Source: Terriglobia bacterium (GTDB taxonomy: Bacteria; Acidobacteriota; Terriglobia; JAJPHL01; JAPKYU01). Taken from it: 64,000 bases of DNA. The stretch's first letter is position 1. Every line of letters begins with the position of its first letter. The position numbers and the translations under genes are program-made. Shown here piece by piece: positions 30,459 through 41,277 of this stretch. The stretch spans positions 192,001 to 256,000 of the forward strand of contig CBDBKE010000003.1 of assembly GCA_965206645.1 (NCBI GenBank), read 5' to 3'. The notes below the pieces were generated by a model that saw only the letters and a list, made by a program, of their open reading frames with translations, made no database searches and had not been told where the DNA came from.

Positions 30459-31952
30459 TCAGTTGCGGAGGACCACCTGAAGAGATTGGCGCCAGGTGTG
30501 GTTGAGGCCGATGCGCCGCACCGGAATTTCCGGCGACAGGTAGCGCAGCAGCAAGTCGGTCAGGGAGTGAAATTCAAACACCGGCGCCACCAACCACAAC
30601 AGGGGTGGCTCGGCGCGCAATTCGACGCCAGAGAAATAGCCCAGGCTGCGAAACTCGCCGCGTTCCTGGTGCCACTTGACACGCATCCAATAATCGAGAG
30701 CCTGAAGGGGCAGGTTGGGGTCGGCGGAGGCTTTCAGCTCAATCACCACCAAGCGGCCCGTCCGTGTGAGGGCCAGCAGGTCAATGATGCCACGCTGCCG
30801 CCCCGCCACCGCCGGCACCTGGGAGTATACGAAGCGCGGGTCGAGATCGCTCGAAAGCACGCCGATGTCGCGGACTAGCAGCGATTCCAACCACCGCTCC
30901 GCCTGCGCCGTGTAAAAAGGATGGCGGCGGTTGGCGGAATCGGCCACGCGAATCCGCCCGATGTCCTGGGCCAAGCGCTCGGCCTGGGGCAACGATTCCG
31001 AAACAAGTGGCTGCCAGTGACTACCGCGGCCGAACATCGCGCCATCGGGTCCGGCGCGGGCAAATTCCAGGCCGTTGATACGGCAGGTGAGGCCGGCGCC
31101 GGGCCGCACCGCCATCTCCACTCCCGATCTTCCGCCCAGTCGCCGCAAGAGTCCCAGCGCTTCCGCGGGTGCCGTTGCCGCGGGGCAGGGCATGGGCAGT
31201 TCGGTACGCAGATTGGCGTACTCACCCTCTTCGGCGCGACGGACGGTATCTTCGGGCGAGAAAGCGAACAGCTCGAATCCAGCTAATTCTTGGTTGAGAT
31301 AGCGCCAGCGGAGCGCTGTCCTCTCGACAAAGCGCTCTGGCAGGAAAAGCTTTAATCCGGCCACCAAGCGCTTTGACCGCGCCGCGCTGTGCCGCAGAGA
31401 GTCCAGCCAGGCCAGCCCTTGGGTGAGCGCGGAGGCTGCCGTGGCTTCGCCCTCCTCCTCCGCGCAGCCGACCACCGCCCAGTCGCTTTTGCCGCGCGAG
31501 AGGACGGCTCGTGCCGTCTGCGAAGAAAGGGAGCGCTCCAGGTCTCGCTCCGCGGTCAGTTATTTCAGCTTCCAGCCGGGGAAGGTGTGCGCCAGCAGCT
31601 TGCGCAAGCGCGCGGCGAAGCGGCTGCGCACCGCCTCCCGCTCGAGTTCCGTCACGCCCTTGGCGGAGGCCAGCAGTCGCACCAGTCCCCGCCCGGCGCC
31701 GAAGCGCTGGTAGGCCAACACCAGTTCCCCAGGTTTTTGACGCCGGACCTCCAGGATGCGGCGAACGATGCTGCGCGACTCATCCCAAACCTCGAGCAAC
31801 ACTTTGCCGTGCTGCGCCTCCACACTGAAGCGGCCCGGCTCCAGTGGCATTGTCTCGCCGCCCACTTCCTTCAGCACTGGACGCTGATTCTTGCACCCGG
31901 TGACAAAGGAGAGGATGCGATCGCGGAGTTCTTCGGAGGAGACGGCGGACAT
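30459..31952 (-). pseudogene. Hypothetical protein with C-terminal NucS-like PD-(D/E)xK motif; in-frame TAA at 31560-31562
   Basis: ERWLES, IIDLLAL...LVVIELK, QALDYW; the two ORFs are in one frame, separated only by TAA. Confidence 0.7.
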
Positions 31953-31999
31953 GAGTTTGAGGCTGAGAGGAGAATTATGAGTTCATGACGGATGACTCT

Positions 32000-32680
32000 T
32001 TACTCTTCAACCAGTACGCCCTTGTCCAGGTGGCGTACGGTGCGGGCGTAGCGTGTGGCGCGGGCGTCGTGCGTGACCAACACAATGGTTTTGCCGAAAT
32101 CGCGATTCAGTCGTCCAAAAATCTCCAGCACTTCCGAGGCGGACTGTGCGTCCAAATCGCCGGTAGGCTCGTCGGCCAGCAGCAGGGTGGGGTCAGTGAC
32201 GAAGGCGCGCGCGATGGCCACCCGCTGCTCCTGCCCGCCGGAAAGCTGCCGCGGATAGTGCTCAGCGCGGTCGGAGAGGCCAACCAGCTTCAGGGCGGTC
32301 AGCACGTGCTGGCGGCGCTCGGCCCGCGACAGTCGGGTCAGCAACAGCGGCAGCTCCACGTTTTCAAACGCCGTCAGCACCGGGATCAGGTTGAAGGTTT
32401 GGAACACGAATCCGATATGGTGGTTGCGCCATCTCGCCAGCTCGCTCTCGGACATGCGGGTAGGCTCGGCATTCAGGACTCTCAGACCGCCGGAACTGGG
32501 TTGGTCAATGCCGGCGATCAGGTTCAGCAGCGTGGATTTTCCTGAACCGGACGGCCCCATCAGCACCAGGAAATCCCCCTGGGCCACCTCCAGGGTAATC
32601 CCGTCCAGCGCCCGCACCTCGATGGAACCGCGACGGAATATCTTTTTCAGCTGGTGCACCTCGATGAGCTTAGAGGCCAT
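32000..32680 (-). CDS. ABC transporter ATP-binding protein (LolD/MacB-like)
   Basis: [32 protein letters not shown]. Confidence 0.95.
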   Translation of the reverse strand: MASKLIEVHQLKKIFRRGSIEVRALDGITLEVAQGDFLVLMGPSGSGKSTLLNLIAGIDQPSSGGLRVLNAEPTRMSESELARWRNHHIGFVFQTFNLIPVLTAFENVELPLLLTRLSRAERRQHVLTALKLVGLSDRAEHYPRQLSGGQEQRVAIARAFVTDPTLLLADEPTGDLDAQSASEVLEIFGRLNRDFGKTIVLVTHDARATRYARTVRHLDKGVLVEE

Positions 32681-32741
32681 ATGGATTAGATTTCCGAGCG
32701 TGGCTCTGGAGTTGCAAATTCTTGGCCTGGCTTACCTGCGC

Positions 32742-34079
32742 CTACTGCCTACTGGGCGTCCGGACGCGCTGGCCGTTCTTTAATGCCTCGGGATTGCTCA
32801 CCACTACAACTTCGTCTCCGGTCAGCCCGGAGAGGATGCGGACGGAACCGCCGGTCTGGGGGCCCAAGCGGACCGTCTTGCGCGCCGTGCGTGAATTTTC
32901 GACTGCCAGCACCGCAGGCTGGCCTTCGGCCTGAAATACGGCGGCGCGCGGCACCATCAATTCCCTTTCGCGGACCTGGCCGCCCTCGGGATCTTCAAAG
33001 AACACTTTGGCGTTCATTTCCGGGCGCAGGTACTCGTCCGGATTCTCGACCTGCACCTTCACCTGTACGGTGGCCTTCTGCCGGTCCGCTTCCGGGGCGA
33101 TCTCAGCGACCACGCCGCGGTAGCGCCGGTCGGGGAACGCATCGGGCACCACCCGACAGGGCTGGCCCAGCGAGACGCGGGCGAACTCGCTCTGACTGAT
33201 GTCTAACTCCACCTGCAGGTCGTTCAAGTCGGCCAGCGTCACCACTGACGATTTGGCGCCGCGCTCGCCCACGAACATAGTGGTCACCATTTCCCCCTGC
33301 TCCACAAGGCGCTCCAGAACAGTGCCGCTGACGGGAGAACGGATCCGGGTGGCCTCCAGTTGCGCTTCGGCGAATTGCAGGGTACCGCGGGCCTGCTGAA
33401 CCTGAGCGCGCGCCTGGTCAATTTCCTCCTGGCGGGGACCTAGGCGGACCAGCTCGTACTGCTTTTCGGCCGCTTCTACCTGGGCCTCCACCATGTCGGA
33501 TTGGGCGCGCGCGTTGTCCAGAGCTTCGCGGGAAACCACGCCCTCGCGCGACAGGCCCTCGGAACGTTCCAGGTTGAGTTTGGCGTTCCGCAGGTTTGCC
33601 TGGGCTTCTTCGAGCCGGGCCCGGGCATGTTCGATTTCCTGTGGCCGCGACCCAGCCTCCATCTGGCGCAGGCGCGCCTCCGCAGCTTGCAGCGTCCCGC
33701 TCGCCTCTCCCACCTGAGCCCGGTACTCCCGGTCTTCGAGCCGCACCACCATCTGATTCTTCTGTACGCGGTCGCCCTTCTCCACTCCAATCCAGGTGAC
33801 CCGTCCCATCACCTTGGTGCCGAGCTGGATCTTGTGGTGGGGCACGACGTAGCCGCCAGCCACCAGCACGGCCACGGGCTGGCTCATTTCCATCCCGGTC
33901 ACGCGGGCCACCTGCACCATCGGGGGGCGGGCGCCGAACCAGACTGCCAACGCCAACAGCCCCACGGCACCGACTGCGAGCGGCACGAGTACGCGGCGGG
34001 ACAGACGCGGGCCTGGGGACGGCTTCGACTCCCGGTCAATCCGTAGCGTCTCCAGTTCCTGCGAGAGGCGGTCCTTCAT
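32742..34079 (-). CDS. Efflux periplasmic adaptor subunit (MacA/HlyD family)
   Basis: N-terminal TM, VEKGDRV lipoyl-like, long hairpin, IRSPVSG. Confidence 0.9.
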   Translation of the reverse strand: MKDRLSQELETLRIDRESKPSPGPRLSRRVLVPLAVGAVGLLALAVWFGARPPMVQVARVTGMEMSQPVAVLVAGGYVVPHHKIQLGTKVMGRVTWIGVEKGDRVQKNQMVVRLEDREYRAQVGEASGTLQAAEARLRQMEAGSRPQEIEHARARLEEAQANLRNAKLNLERSEGLSREGVVSREALDNARAQSDMVEAQVEAAEKQYELVRLGPRQEEIDQARAQVQQARGTLQFAEAQLEATRIRSPVSGTVLERLVEQGEMVTTMFVGERGAKSSVVTLADLNDLQVELDISQSEFARVSLGQPCRVVPDAFPDRRYRGVVAEIAPEADRQKATVQVKVQVENPDEYLRPEMNAKVFFEDPEGGQVRERELMVPRAAVFQAEGQPAVLAVENSRTARKTVRLGPQTGGSVRILSGLTGDEVVVVSNPEALKNGQRVRTPSRQ

Positions 34080-34199
34080 TGGTACCAATCTCCCCTCGCT
34101 AGTTTACCAAGTTGTTGACGAACATCTGGCATGGCCACTCGCTCACGGTCGCGGCTCGGCAGTGTCTGCCTTTCTGTCTTCCCTACCAGGCGCACGTTC

Positions 34200-35357
34200 T
34201 TACTCGCGCAGTCCCAGCACTGGCGGTTTCTGCGCCGCCAGTCGCGCTGGTAGCAGGCCGCCTACGACGCCCACCACCGCCGCAAACATCAGGCCCTGCC
34301 CCATCAGTGGCGGCGTAATGCGAAATTGAAACGCCACTTCGGCGAAGGTGGAAAAATTCACGGTACCGGTGGACAGCCCGTGAATGGGAAGTGCCAGCAG
34401 ACAGCCCAGCACGCCCCCGGCCGTGGCCAGCAGCACCGATTCGACCAAGAGCGCCAGCATCACCGAGGCCCGCGAGAACCCCAGCACGCGCAGCGTGGCG
34501 ACTTCCCGCGCCCGGTAGGCCACCGTGGCGTACATCGCGTTCATAGCCGCAAAGCACGATCCGACGGCCATCACCAGGGCGATGAAGGTGCCCAGCACCT
34601 GGATCGGCATTGAGGAGCGCATCTGGTCGCGGTAGTATTGCGGCTCGGGTCGGGCCTGGAGGTGGAGCTGGCGGTCCTCACTGATGCGACGGGAAAGTTC
34701 AGCCGCTGCAGTGGCGTCCTCAGCCCGCAGCAACACCGAGGAGTAAATCCCGCTGCGGTTGAAGTCGTCGGCGACAGCGCTGACGTCGGTCCACAGTTCC
34801 GAATCGTAAGCGCTCCCGCCAGCTTCGATGAGACCCACGACGAGCCATTCGCTGGGGCCGAGCCGGATTGTGGAACCCAGCTCCAGCCCGAACCGGCGCG
34901 CCATGCGGCGGCTGCACACCAATTCCCGCAGGCCACTTCGGAAGATGCGGCCTTCCACCAGGCGCACCTGCTCGCGCAGCAGGAAGCCGGTCGGCGTGAT
35001 CCCACGCAGGATAACGTGGGTCTCGTCGCCGCCGGCCCGCGGGATGAAAATCAACACCAGCAATTCCGGCGAGACCAGCGGTTCGCCCGAGCCGTCTTTC
35101 TGGATTCCTGGCAGGTACTTCAGGGTTTGCAGGGTGGGCACGGGCAGGCTGCTGTTGGTTTCCACTTGCGAACCCTGCCGGATCACCACCAGGTTCAGTG
35201 GGTGCCCGGTTTCGGCAAAGACGTTTTCCAGGCCCTGCACCAGGGCCATCACAGAAATAAAGACGGCCACGGTGGCGGCGACGCTGATGATGGCCATGGC
35301 AGTGCCGGTGCGCCGCACTCGCAGGCTGCGAAGGCTGTACTTCAATGGGATAGCCAT
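34200..35357 (-). CDS. MacB/FtsX-like ABC permease
   Basis: MAIPLKYSLRSL.., R.REVATLRVLGF, GGLLPARLAA. Confidence 0.9.
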   Translation of the reverse strand: MAIPLKYSLRSLRVRRTGTAMAIISVAATVAVFISVMALVQGLENVFAETGHPLNLVVIRQGSQVETNSSLPVPTLQTLKYLPGIQKDGSGEPLVSPELLVLIFIPRAGGDETHVILRGITPTGFLLREQVRLVEGRIFRSGLRELVCSRRMARRFGLELGSTIRLGPSEWLVVGLIEAGGSAYDSELWTDVSAVADDFNRSGIYSSVLLRAEDATAAAELSRRISEDRQLHLQARPEPQYYRDQMRSSMPIQVLGTFIALVMAVGSCFAAMNAMYATVAYRAREVATLRVLGFSRASVMLALLVESVLLATAGGVLGCLLALPIHGLSTGTVNFSTFAEVAFQFRITPPLMGQGLMFAAVVGVVGGLLPARLAAQKPPVLGLRE

Positions 35358-35362
35358 ATGGC

Positions 35363-36511
35363 TCAGCCCACGTGCCGGAGGGCCTGGGCGATGGGCAGTC
35401 CGGCAGCGCGCAGGGCGGGCACGGCCGCCGCCGCCAGCCCGATGGCCAACGCCAGGCTCATGCCCAGCACCATTGCCTCTGGCTGGACCCGGAGCTGGAT
35501 CAGAAAACCGCTGGTGGCGCGCTGCATGTCCAGGGTGGAATACAGCAGCTTGGCGCCACCGCAACCCAGCAGTCCGCTCAAGAAACCAATCAGCAGCGCC
35601 TCGCTGAGCAGCAGCCCCAGAATCAGGTTGCGGGTGTACCCCAAGGTTTTCATCACCGCCACTTCCGCCGTGCGCTCGCGAATGGACATGGCCATGGTTG
35701 CGGCCGTGACCAGCAGAATGGTGAAGACCACCACCGCCGAAATGCTGCCGATGAACAACTTTACGTTGCCCAGCATGTTGCTGAAGCTAAGCTGGAACGC
35801 CTTTTCGGTTTCGGTCTTAGTGGGAGCGGTGCTGTTGCGGAACATGTCGTCGACGGTCCGGGCGATCACGGGGACCGCGTCGGCCGACTCTGCCTGGATG
35901 CAAAACGACCCCGCCACTCCCTGTCCGTTCATCAACTCGTCCAGGTAGTCGTAGTGGAACCAAAGCATCGCCTCGTCGGGCGGAGTGGGGGAGGTGAAGC
36001 TTCCCACCAGTTTCAGTTCCGGGTCGACGGGATAGATGGTGCCCTTCAATGTGATGCGATCGCCAATTCTCCAACCGAACCGTTCGAACAGGCGCACGCC
36101 TGCCACAGCCGCCGTACGTTCTTTGATGAAGTTTTCCCGTCGCTGCGGGTCAATTTCAAACTCCGGATAGACCTGGAATCCCTTGTCGGCGTCCACGGCG
36201 AATTGGGCAAAGAAGTTCCCTTCGTCAATGTAAATGCCCCCGAACCAGCTGGCGACCATGACGTTTCTGACCCCGGGCACCTCCCGGATCTGCTCGCGGT
36301 GGGCGAGCGGCAGCGGGTTGGCTATGGAAACCGAGTGGCGCGTCCATAGGCGCAGAGCGCTTTCCGGCGTGGTGCTGGTGGCCTGAAGCTCGTACAGCAC
36401 GGTGTGCAGGGTGACCAGCAGGAACAGGGATGCCCCCAAGCTGAGCACCGTCAGAAGGGTGCGGCGTTTGTTCCGGACCGCACTTTTCAGCACCAGCGCT
36501 GCAAACCTCAT
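35363..36511 (-). CDS. MacB/FtsX-like ABC permease
   Basis: RNKRRTLLT, ERTAEVAVMKTLGY, PALRAA. Confidence 0.9.
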   Translation of the reverse strand: MRFAALVLKSAVRNKRRTLLTVLSLGASLFLLVTLHTVLYELQATSTTPESALRLWTRHSVSIANPLPLAHREQIREVPGVRNVMVASWFGGIYIDEGNFFAQFAVDADKGFQVYPEFEIDPQRRENFIKERTAAVAGVRLFERFGWRIGDRITLKGTIYPVDPELKLVGSFTSPTPPDEAMLWFHYDYLDELMNGQGVAGSFCIQAESADAVPVIARTVDDMFRNSTAPTKTETEKAFQLSFSNMLGNVKLFIGSISAVVVFTILLVTAATMAMSIRERTAEVAVMKTLGYTRNLILGLLLSEALLIGFLSGLLGCGGAKLLYSTLDMQRATSGFLIQLRVQPEAMVLGMSLALAIGLAAAAVPALRAAGLPIAQALRHVG

Positions 36512-36535
36512 GGGAGTCGAACTTGGAAGGCCGCG

Positions 36536-36581
36536 ACCCTGGTTAAACCCCTGGCTAAACCCCTGGTTAAACCGTGGTTAA
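36536..36581. repeat. ~4 x 12-bp imperfect tandem repeat (CCCTGGTTAAAC)
   Basis: Intergenic, overlapping the response-regulator stop codon. Confidence 0.8.
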
Positions 36582-37900
36582 GATGCCCCGCCCAGGCGGT
36601 GCAAGATCTCCCCAACAATGGTGTCCACCAAGCCCGGGACCGCCTTCAAGTTCGGCATGGCCTTGTCCAGGGCGCCTTCTACCGCGGCTCGCACAGCCGC
36701 CTCGTCCGGAACGGACCCTGCCCCTTGCGAAGGTGCAGTGACCACTGGCTGCGGCGGCGCAACAGGCTCTGGGGCTGGTGGTGGCGCGGCCTCTTCCGCC
36801 GGGGCTGGCGGTGTTGTGGGCTCCGGGGCAGCCGACGGAGCGGCCTCCGGGACGGAATCCGCAGGCGCTGTTGCCTCCTGGGGGGCCACTGGTGCGGGTT
36901 CCTCAACGCGCTCTAATAGGTCCGCCCAATCCACAGCGGGCGCTGGTTCTGGCGTGGCCGCTGCTACCGGCTCCGGAGGTGCCTCTTCAGCTTCCGGAGG
37001 TGGAGCAGCGCCAAACACGGCGCGGTCCATGTCCGTAACGCGTTCAGGTTCGGCCACCCAGTGCTGGGCCGGCTCGGGTGCTACGGCGGCCATGGCCGCT
37101 GGCGCGGGCTGCTCTTCGAGTTCCGGCACTGTCAACTCGGGGATGACAACATCCTCCGTGGCTACCTGGCTTTCTGCCGCTTCCGCATATTCGCCCACCG
37201 GCGCGGCCAGCGGCTCTTCGGCCTGAGCGATTTCCTGAGCCACTGCGGGCTCGGCGCCGTGGGCCGCGGCAGCCTGCAATTCCACCTCTGCCGCGGAAAC
37301 AGCAGGTGCTGGCGCTTCCACTGCGGCTGAGGCAGGGGCGGCCGGAGCAGTCTCTGCAGATGGAGATTCCTCAAACAAGTCAAATGCAGCCTGCTGCTGC
37401 AAGTCCGCCGGCACTTCCACACGCGCCGTGGAGGTGGTGGGGATTTCTTCCAGCAGCTGACTTTCCTCAGCCTTCTGTGCCTGGAGCTCTTCTGGGGATG
37501 GGGGAGGTGGGGGAGGCGCCGGCTTCCGCTCCTGCGACAGTTGCAACATCTCGCGCACCGTCGTCACCACGTCACTAGCTTCGAAAGGTTTTTTCAGGAC
37601 CGCATCCGCCTGCACCTTTCTGCCTTGTTCCTGGTTGTAGGGCTCCAGTTGTCCCACGACCAGCACCACCGGAATGTGGGCAAGTTCCGGGGAGCTTCTG
37701 ACGAAGGTGCAGACTTCGTAGCCGGTGCGGCCGGGCATGAACACGTCTGCCAGAACCACGTCAAATCCGCCTTCGGGAAGCTTCTTCACGGCTGCTTCGC
37801 CATTACTGACCGTCACTACTTGGATGTCCTCGCCGGCAAGGATCTTGGTGGCCATGCGCTGGGCGTGCGTACTGTCGTCTGCTAACAAAATCTTAGGCAC
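36578..37900 (-). CDS. Receiver-domain protein with long Pro/Ala/Glu-rich linker and helical C-terminus (RomR-like architecture)
   Basis: KILLADDS, ADVFMPG, LKKPF; low-complexity middle; VPGLVDTIVGEILHRL. Confidence 0.85.
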   Translation of the reverse strand: MPKILLADDSTHAQRMATKILAGEDIQVVTVSNGEAAVKKLPEGGFDVVLADVFMPGRTGYEVCTFVRSSPELAHIPVVLVVGQLEPYNQEQGRKVQADAVLKKPFEASDVVTTVREMLQLSQERKPAPPPPPPSPEELQAQKAEESQLLEEIPTTSTARVEVPADLQQQAAFDLFEESPSAETAPAAPASAAVEAPAPAVSAAEVELQAAAAHGAEPAVAQEIAQAEEPLAAPVGEYAEAAESQVATEDVVIPELTVPELEEQPAPAAMAAVAPEPAQHWVAEPERVTDMDRAVFGAAPPPEAEEAPPEPVAAATPEPAPAVDWADLLERVEEPAPVAPQEATAPADSVPEAAPSAAPEPTTPPAPAEEAAPPPAPEPVAPPQPVVTAPSQGAGSVPDEAAVRAAVEGALDKAMPNLKAVPGLVDTIVGEILHRLGGAS

Positions 37901-38112
37901 GGAACTTCTCCCTACCTTTGCAGGTGACCTTCAGGAATTCTAACCACGAGGGTAGCGGCCTGACAAGCGCGAAACGGTTTCCGCCGGGGAATAGGGAGAC
38001 GGCTTCGATGGCTCCCTTTAGGCATGGAAAGCGTGCAGCTGCTGCGGCTGTTGACTCTTGCGTTCCGTGCGGGTACTCGTATGGGTAAAGGCTGACTTTA
38101 TTTTTCCTGTGC

Positions 38113-39276
38113 TTACTCTCCCCGAGTGGGCGAGCCGCCCTCAGGCGGAGGCTGCGGTGTCGAGGACTCCGGCGCGTTGCCTGAGGTTGGCGGCGGAGTC
38201 GGGTCCGAAGTGGTAACCGGCTCGGACGCCGGCCGGACCGCTTCCAGACGGATACCTGAGGTGCCGGTGCGGCCGGGTTCGGCGGCCGTGATGCTGACTG
38301 GTTCGGTTTCTGGCTTCTTGGGAAACAGCACCGGTTTACCCGCCTTGCTGGCCATGCTGACGTCGGGCCGCGTGCGGAACACGTTCATCGTCTTCCCGAT
38401 GATTCCCTTCGTCTCGCGATGTTCGAGATCGTATTTCATCCGCGCATAGGCTTCCGGGCTGGGGTCTGGGATGGGCAGCTCCCAGTCCACCAGCTTGTCC
38501 TTAGCGTCGCTCACCAGGTCACTGAGGGGGTAGTCGGAGATGATCTTGGAGTAAGCCGCGGCCGCCTGAGGCCGATAGTTTTCTCCCCCCATCTCCCAAG
38601 ATTCGCCCATCATCCACAACGCCCGGTCGCCCCGGCTGTAGTTGGGATAGTTGTCGGTGAGTTCCTTCAGCCGGGAGATAGTCGCGCGGGGATTCCCCTT
38701 GATGAAGTAGTGGCGACTCACGCGAAAATCGCTCTCAGCAATTACCTCCTGGACTTCGCGCAGGCGCTGCTCGGCTTCCTCGCGGAAGGGGCTGTTTGGG
38801 AACTGCAGCAGCACTTCGCGGAACTCCTCCTCGGCGCGGAGGGCGTGAGTCCGGTCGCGGTCCGGCTTTTCCATCTGCTGGTAATGGATCATGGCCACTT
38901 TCAACTGGGCCTCGGAGGCTTCCGGCATCGTGGGGAAGAAGGTGATGAAGTCCTTGTACTCCGCCTCGGCTTGAGCCAGCCCGCTGGTGCCTCCGTGGCG
39001 GTACCAGGAGTCAGCGATCGCGAGCTTGGCCTTGGCCAGATACTCGCTGTCAGGATAGGTATTCAAGAGGGTTTGTAAGGTGAGCCGGGCTATCTCGTAG
39101 CGACCCCTTTCGAGGTCGAGCACCGACTGGTCAAACAGCGTCTTGTCCGGCTGCTGCGAATCGCCGACGATCGGCGTCTCGTATTTGTCGCGGCGCAAGC
39201 TACAGCCGGCCCACAGAGCCACCGAGAGCAACAGCACCAGTGCGCGAGCTACCATCGGAGCAGGTTTATTCATCAC
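38113..39276 (-). CDS. bamD: Outer-membrane assembly lipoprotein BamD
   Basis: Lipobox WAGC, TPR helices, DRDRT..LRA, FPNS.F, V.RHY. Confidence 0.85.
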   Translation of the reverse strand: MMNKPAPMVARALVLLLSVALWAGCSLRRDKYETPIVGDSQQPDKTLFDQSVLDLERGRYEIARLTLQTLLNTYPDSEYLAKAKLAIADSWYRHGGTSGLAQAEAEYKDFITFFPTMPEASEAQLKVAMIHYQQMEKPDRDRTHALRAEEEFREVLLQFPNSPFREEAEQRLREVQEVIAESDFRVSRHYFIKGNPRATISRLKELTDNYPNYSRGDRALWMMGESWEMGGENYRPQAAAAYSKIISDYPLSDLVSDAKDKLVDWELPIPDPSPEAYARMKYDLEHRETKGIIGKTMNVFRTRPDVSMASKAGKPVLFPKKPETEPVSITAAEPGRTGTSGIRLEAVRPASEPVTTSDPTPPPTSGNAPESSTPQPPPEGGSPTRGE

Positions 39277-39292
39277 ATCACCCTTGGCGTGT

Positions 39293-40015
39293 TCAAATTT
39301 TCGACAGCATGGCCGTCTCGGCCCGCTTCAAGAGCAACTCGACCGCAGCCGCCGGATCGGCGCTGTGAAACACACTGGAGCCGGCCACAATAATGTCAGT
39401 TCCTGCCCGGACCGCCTCCAAGACGTTGTCGGAGCTGATACCTCCGTCAATCCCGATGAGAAATTCCAGACCGCGCTCTTCCCGCATCCGGGCCAGTCGG
39501 CCAATTTTGTCCAGGGAGCGCGGGATGAACTGCTGGCCTCCAAATCCTGGGTTGACGCTCATCACCAGGACGTAGTCTACGCACTCCAGCACCTCGCTGA
39601 GCATCTCCACCGGCGTGGCCGGATTGATCACCGCCCCGGCCGCCGCCCCACAATTGCGGATGTAGCTGAGAGTGCGGTCTAGATGGAGGCAGGCTTCCTG
39701 GTGCACGGAGATCCTCTCCGCTCCTGCCTCGCAGAAGGCGGAAACGTAGCGGTCGGGGTCGGAGATCATCAGATGACAATCCAGAGGCAACGCAGTGACC
39801 TTCCGCACCGCGGCCACCACCGGCGGGCCGATGGTGATATTCGGGACGAAGTGGCCGTCCATCACGTCCAGGTGCAGCAGGCTGGCTCCGCCGCGTTCCA
39901 CTGCCTGGATTTGCTCGGCCAGATGGGCAAAGTCAGCCGAGAGAATGGACGGCGCAATCTGCACACGGTTAGGCACCAGGCGTTCCAGCCCCTTCATGCG
40001 CTTCGACAGTGGCAT
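39293..40015 (-). CDS. rpe: Ribulose-phosphate 3-epimerase (true start probably ~39976)
   Basis: IAPSILSADF, HLDVMDGHFVPN, MSVNPGFGGQ, IDGG, VAGS. Confidence 0.95.
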   Translation of the reverse strand: MPLSKRMKGLERLVPNRVQIAPSILSADFAHLAEQIQAVERGGASLLHLDVMDGHFVPNITIGPPVVAAVRKVTALPLDCHLMISDPDRYVSAFCEAGAERISVHQEACLHLDRTLSYIRNCGAAAGAVINPATPVEMLSEVLECVDYVLVMSVNPGFGGQQFIPRSLDKIGRLARMREERGLEFLIGIDGGISSDNVLEAVRAGTDIIVAGSSVFHSADPAAAVELLLKRAETAMLSKI

Positions 40016-40294
40016 TCTAGCATGGCCCGCCCGCCTTGACCAACTGGGTCACTGCCCTCGAACTCGCTCGCTGCTCGGCAGCCGATGCCCCGTGCAAACG
40101 GGGCGGGACGGCAAGACCGGGTTCACCCTGAAGCTGTGGACAATGTCGGATTCCTGTCATATGTTCGCCTGTGGTCTGCGCGGCGGCCAGGCGGTGAAGG
40201 CGGGGTAGTGAATTCTTAATCCGAGCCAGGGAGGAGGCCGTCCAATCAGTACTCGGAGGCCTGTTAAAGTTCTGCGAAATAGGGAGGAGCGGGG

Positions 40295-41128
40295 ATGGCG
40301 ACCGGGGTGCATGACAACGAGCTGGCTGAGCGACTCCAAGTGGCTCGTCAGGCAGCAGAGCGCGCCGGCAGAATCACGCTGAAGCATTTTCAAACCGATT
40401 TCGAGCGGCAGACGAAGGCCGATGGTACGGTGGTCACCATTGCCGACCGTCAGAGCGAGCAGCTGCTGCGCAGGACCATCGAAAGAGCGTTTCCCTACGA
40501 CGCCGTCCTGGGCGAGGAGTTCCACGAAAAGCCTGGCCAGACGCGCTATCGCTGGATCCTGGATCCCATTGACGGCACGGTCAGCTTCGTCCAGGGCGTG
40601 CCGCTGTACGGGGTGCTGGTCGCGCTGGAGGACCTGGAAGTTCGACGAAGCGTCCTGGGAGTGATCCACCTGCCGTCGCTCGGGGAAACCGTGTATGCCC
40701 AGCGTGGCCACGGTTGCCATTGGGAGCGGCGAGTTGGAGGGAAGCGGCTGGCCATCCCGGCGCGGGTGTCGCGCGTGGAGAACCTGGACGCCGCCGTGCT
40801 GCTGGCCTCCGACTTTTGGAACGTACCGCTCGAAGGACGGCGCCAGGAGCTGGCCCGGCTGGCGGGCAGAACTCGCCTCCAGCGAACCTGGGCCGATTGC
40901 TACGGCTACGTCCTGGTGGCCACCGGGCGCGCCGAACTGATGCTGGATAGCACGTTCAACCTTTGGGACGCTGCCCCGATGCAGCCAATTTTGGAGGAGG
41001 CGGGGGGGACGTTCACCGATTGGACCGGTCAGCCAACCATCCACGGCGACTGTGGCCTGGCCACGAATGGTCTGCTGTTGAAAGAAGCGCTGGCCGTGAT
41101 GCGCGAGGCGACCGAGGTTGGGGTCTAG
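40295..41128 (+). CDS. hisN: Inositol monophosphatase family, histidinol-phosphatase-like
   Basis: KADGTVVTIAD, GEE, WILDPIDGT, DCYGY, WDAA. Confidence 0.8.
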   Translation: MATGVHDNELAERLQVARQAAERAGRITLKHFQTDFERQTKADGTVVTIADRQSEQLLRRTIERAFPYDAVLGEEFHEKPGQTRYRWILDPIDGTVSFVQGVPLYGVLVALEDLEVRRSVLGVIHLPSLGETVYAQRGHGCHWERRVGGKRLAIPARVSRVENLDAAVLLASDFWNVPLEGRRQELARLAGRTRLQRTWADCYGYVLVATGRAELMLDSTFNLWDAAPMQPILEEAGGTFTDWTGQPTIHGDCGLATNGLLLKEALAVMREATEVGV

Positions 41129-41277
41129 GGGCTTCACCGCTGGAAGCCCCTACCCGGGGGCAGCGCTTCTGAGATGGGCAGTCTGGATCCGATACCTCAC
41201 CCTGCTGGCAGCCGCCGGCGTTCCTTGACAGGGGCCGGCGCGGGCACCGACAATAAGCCGACAGGCCGGAAGCCGCG

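Noticed and set aside
40020-40294. Possible riboswitch/ncRNA between rpe and hisN
   Set aside because: Only short GC hairpins and no family motif I recognise; needs an Rfam search.
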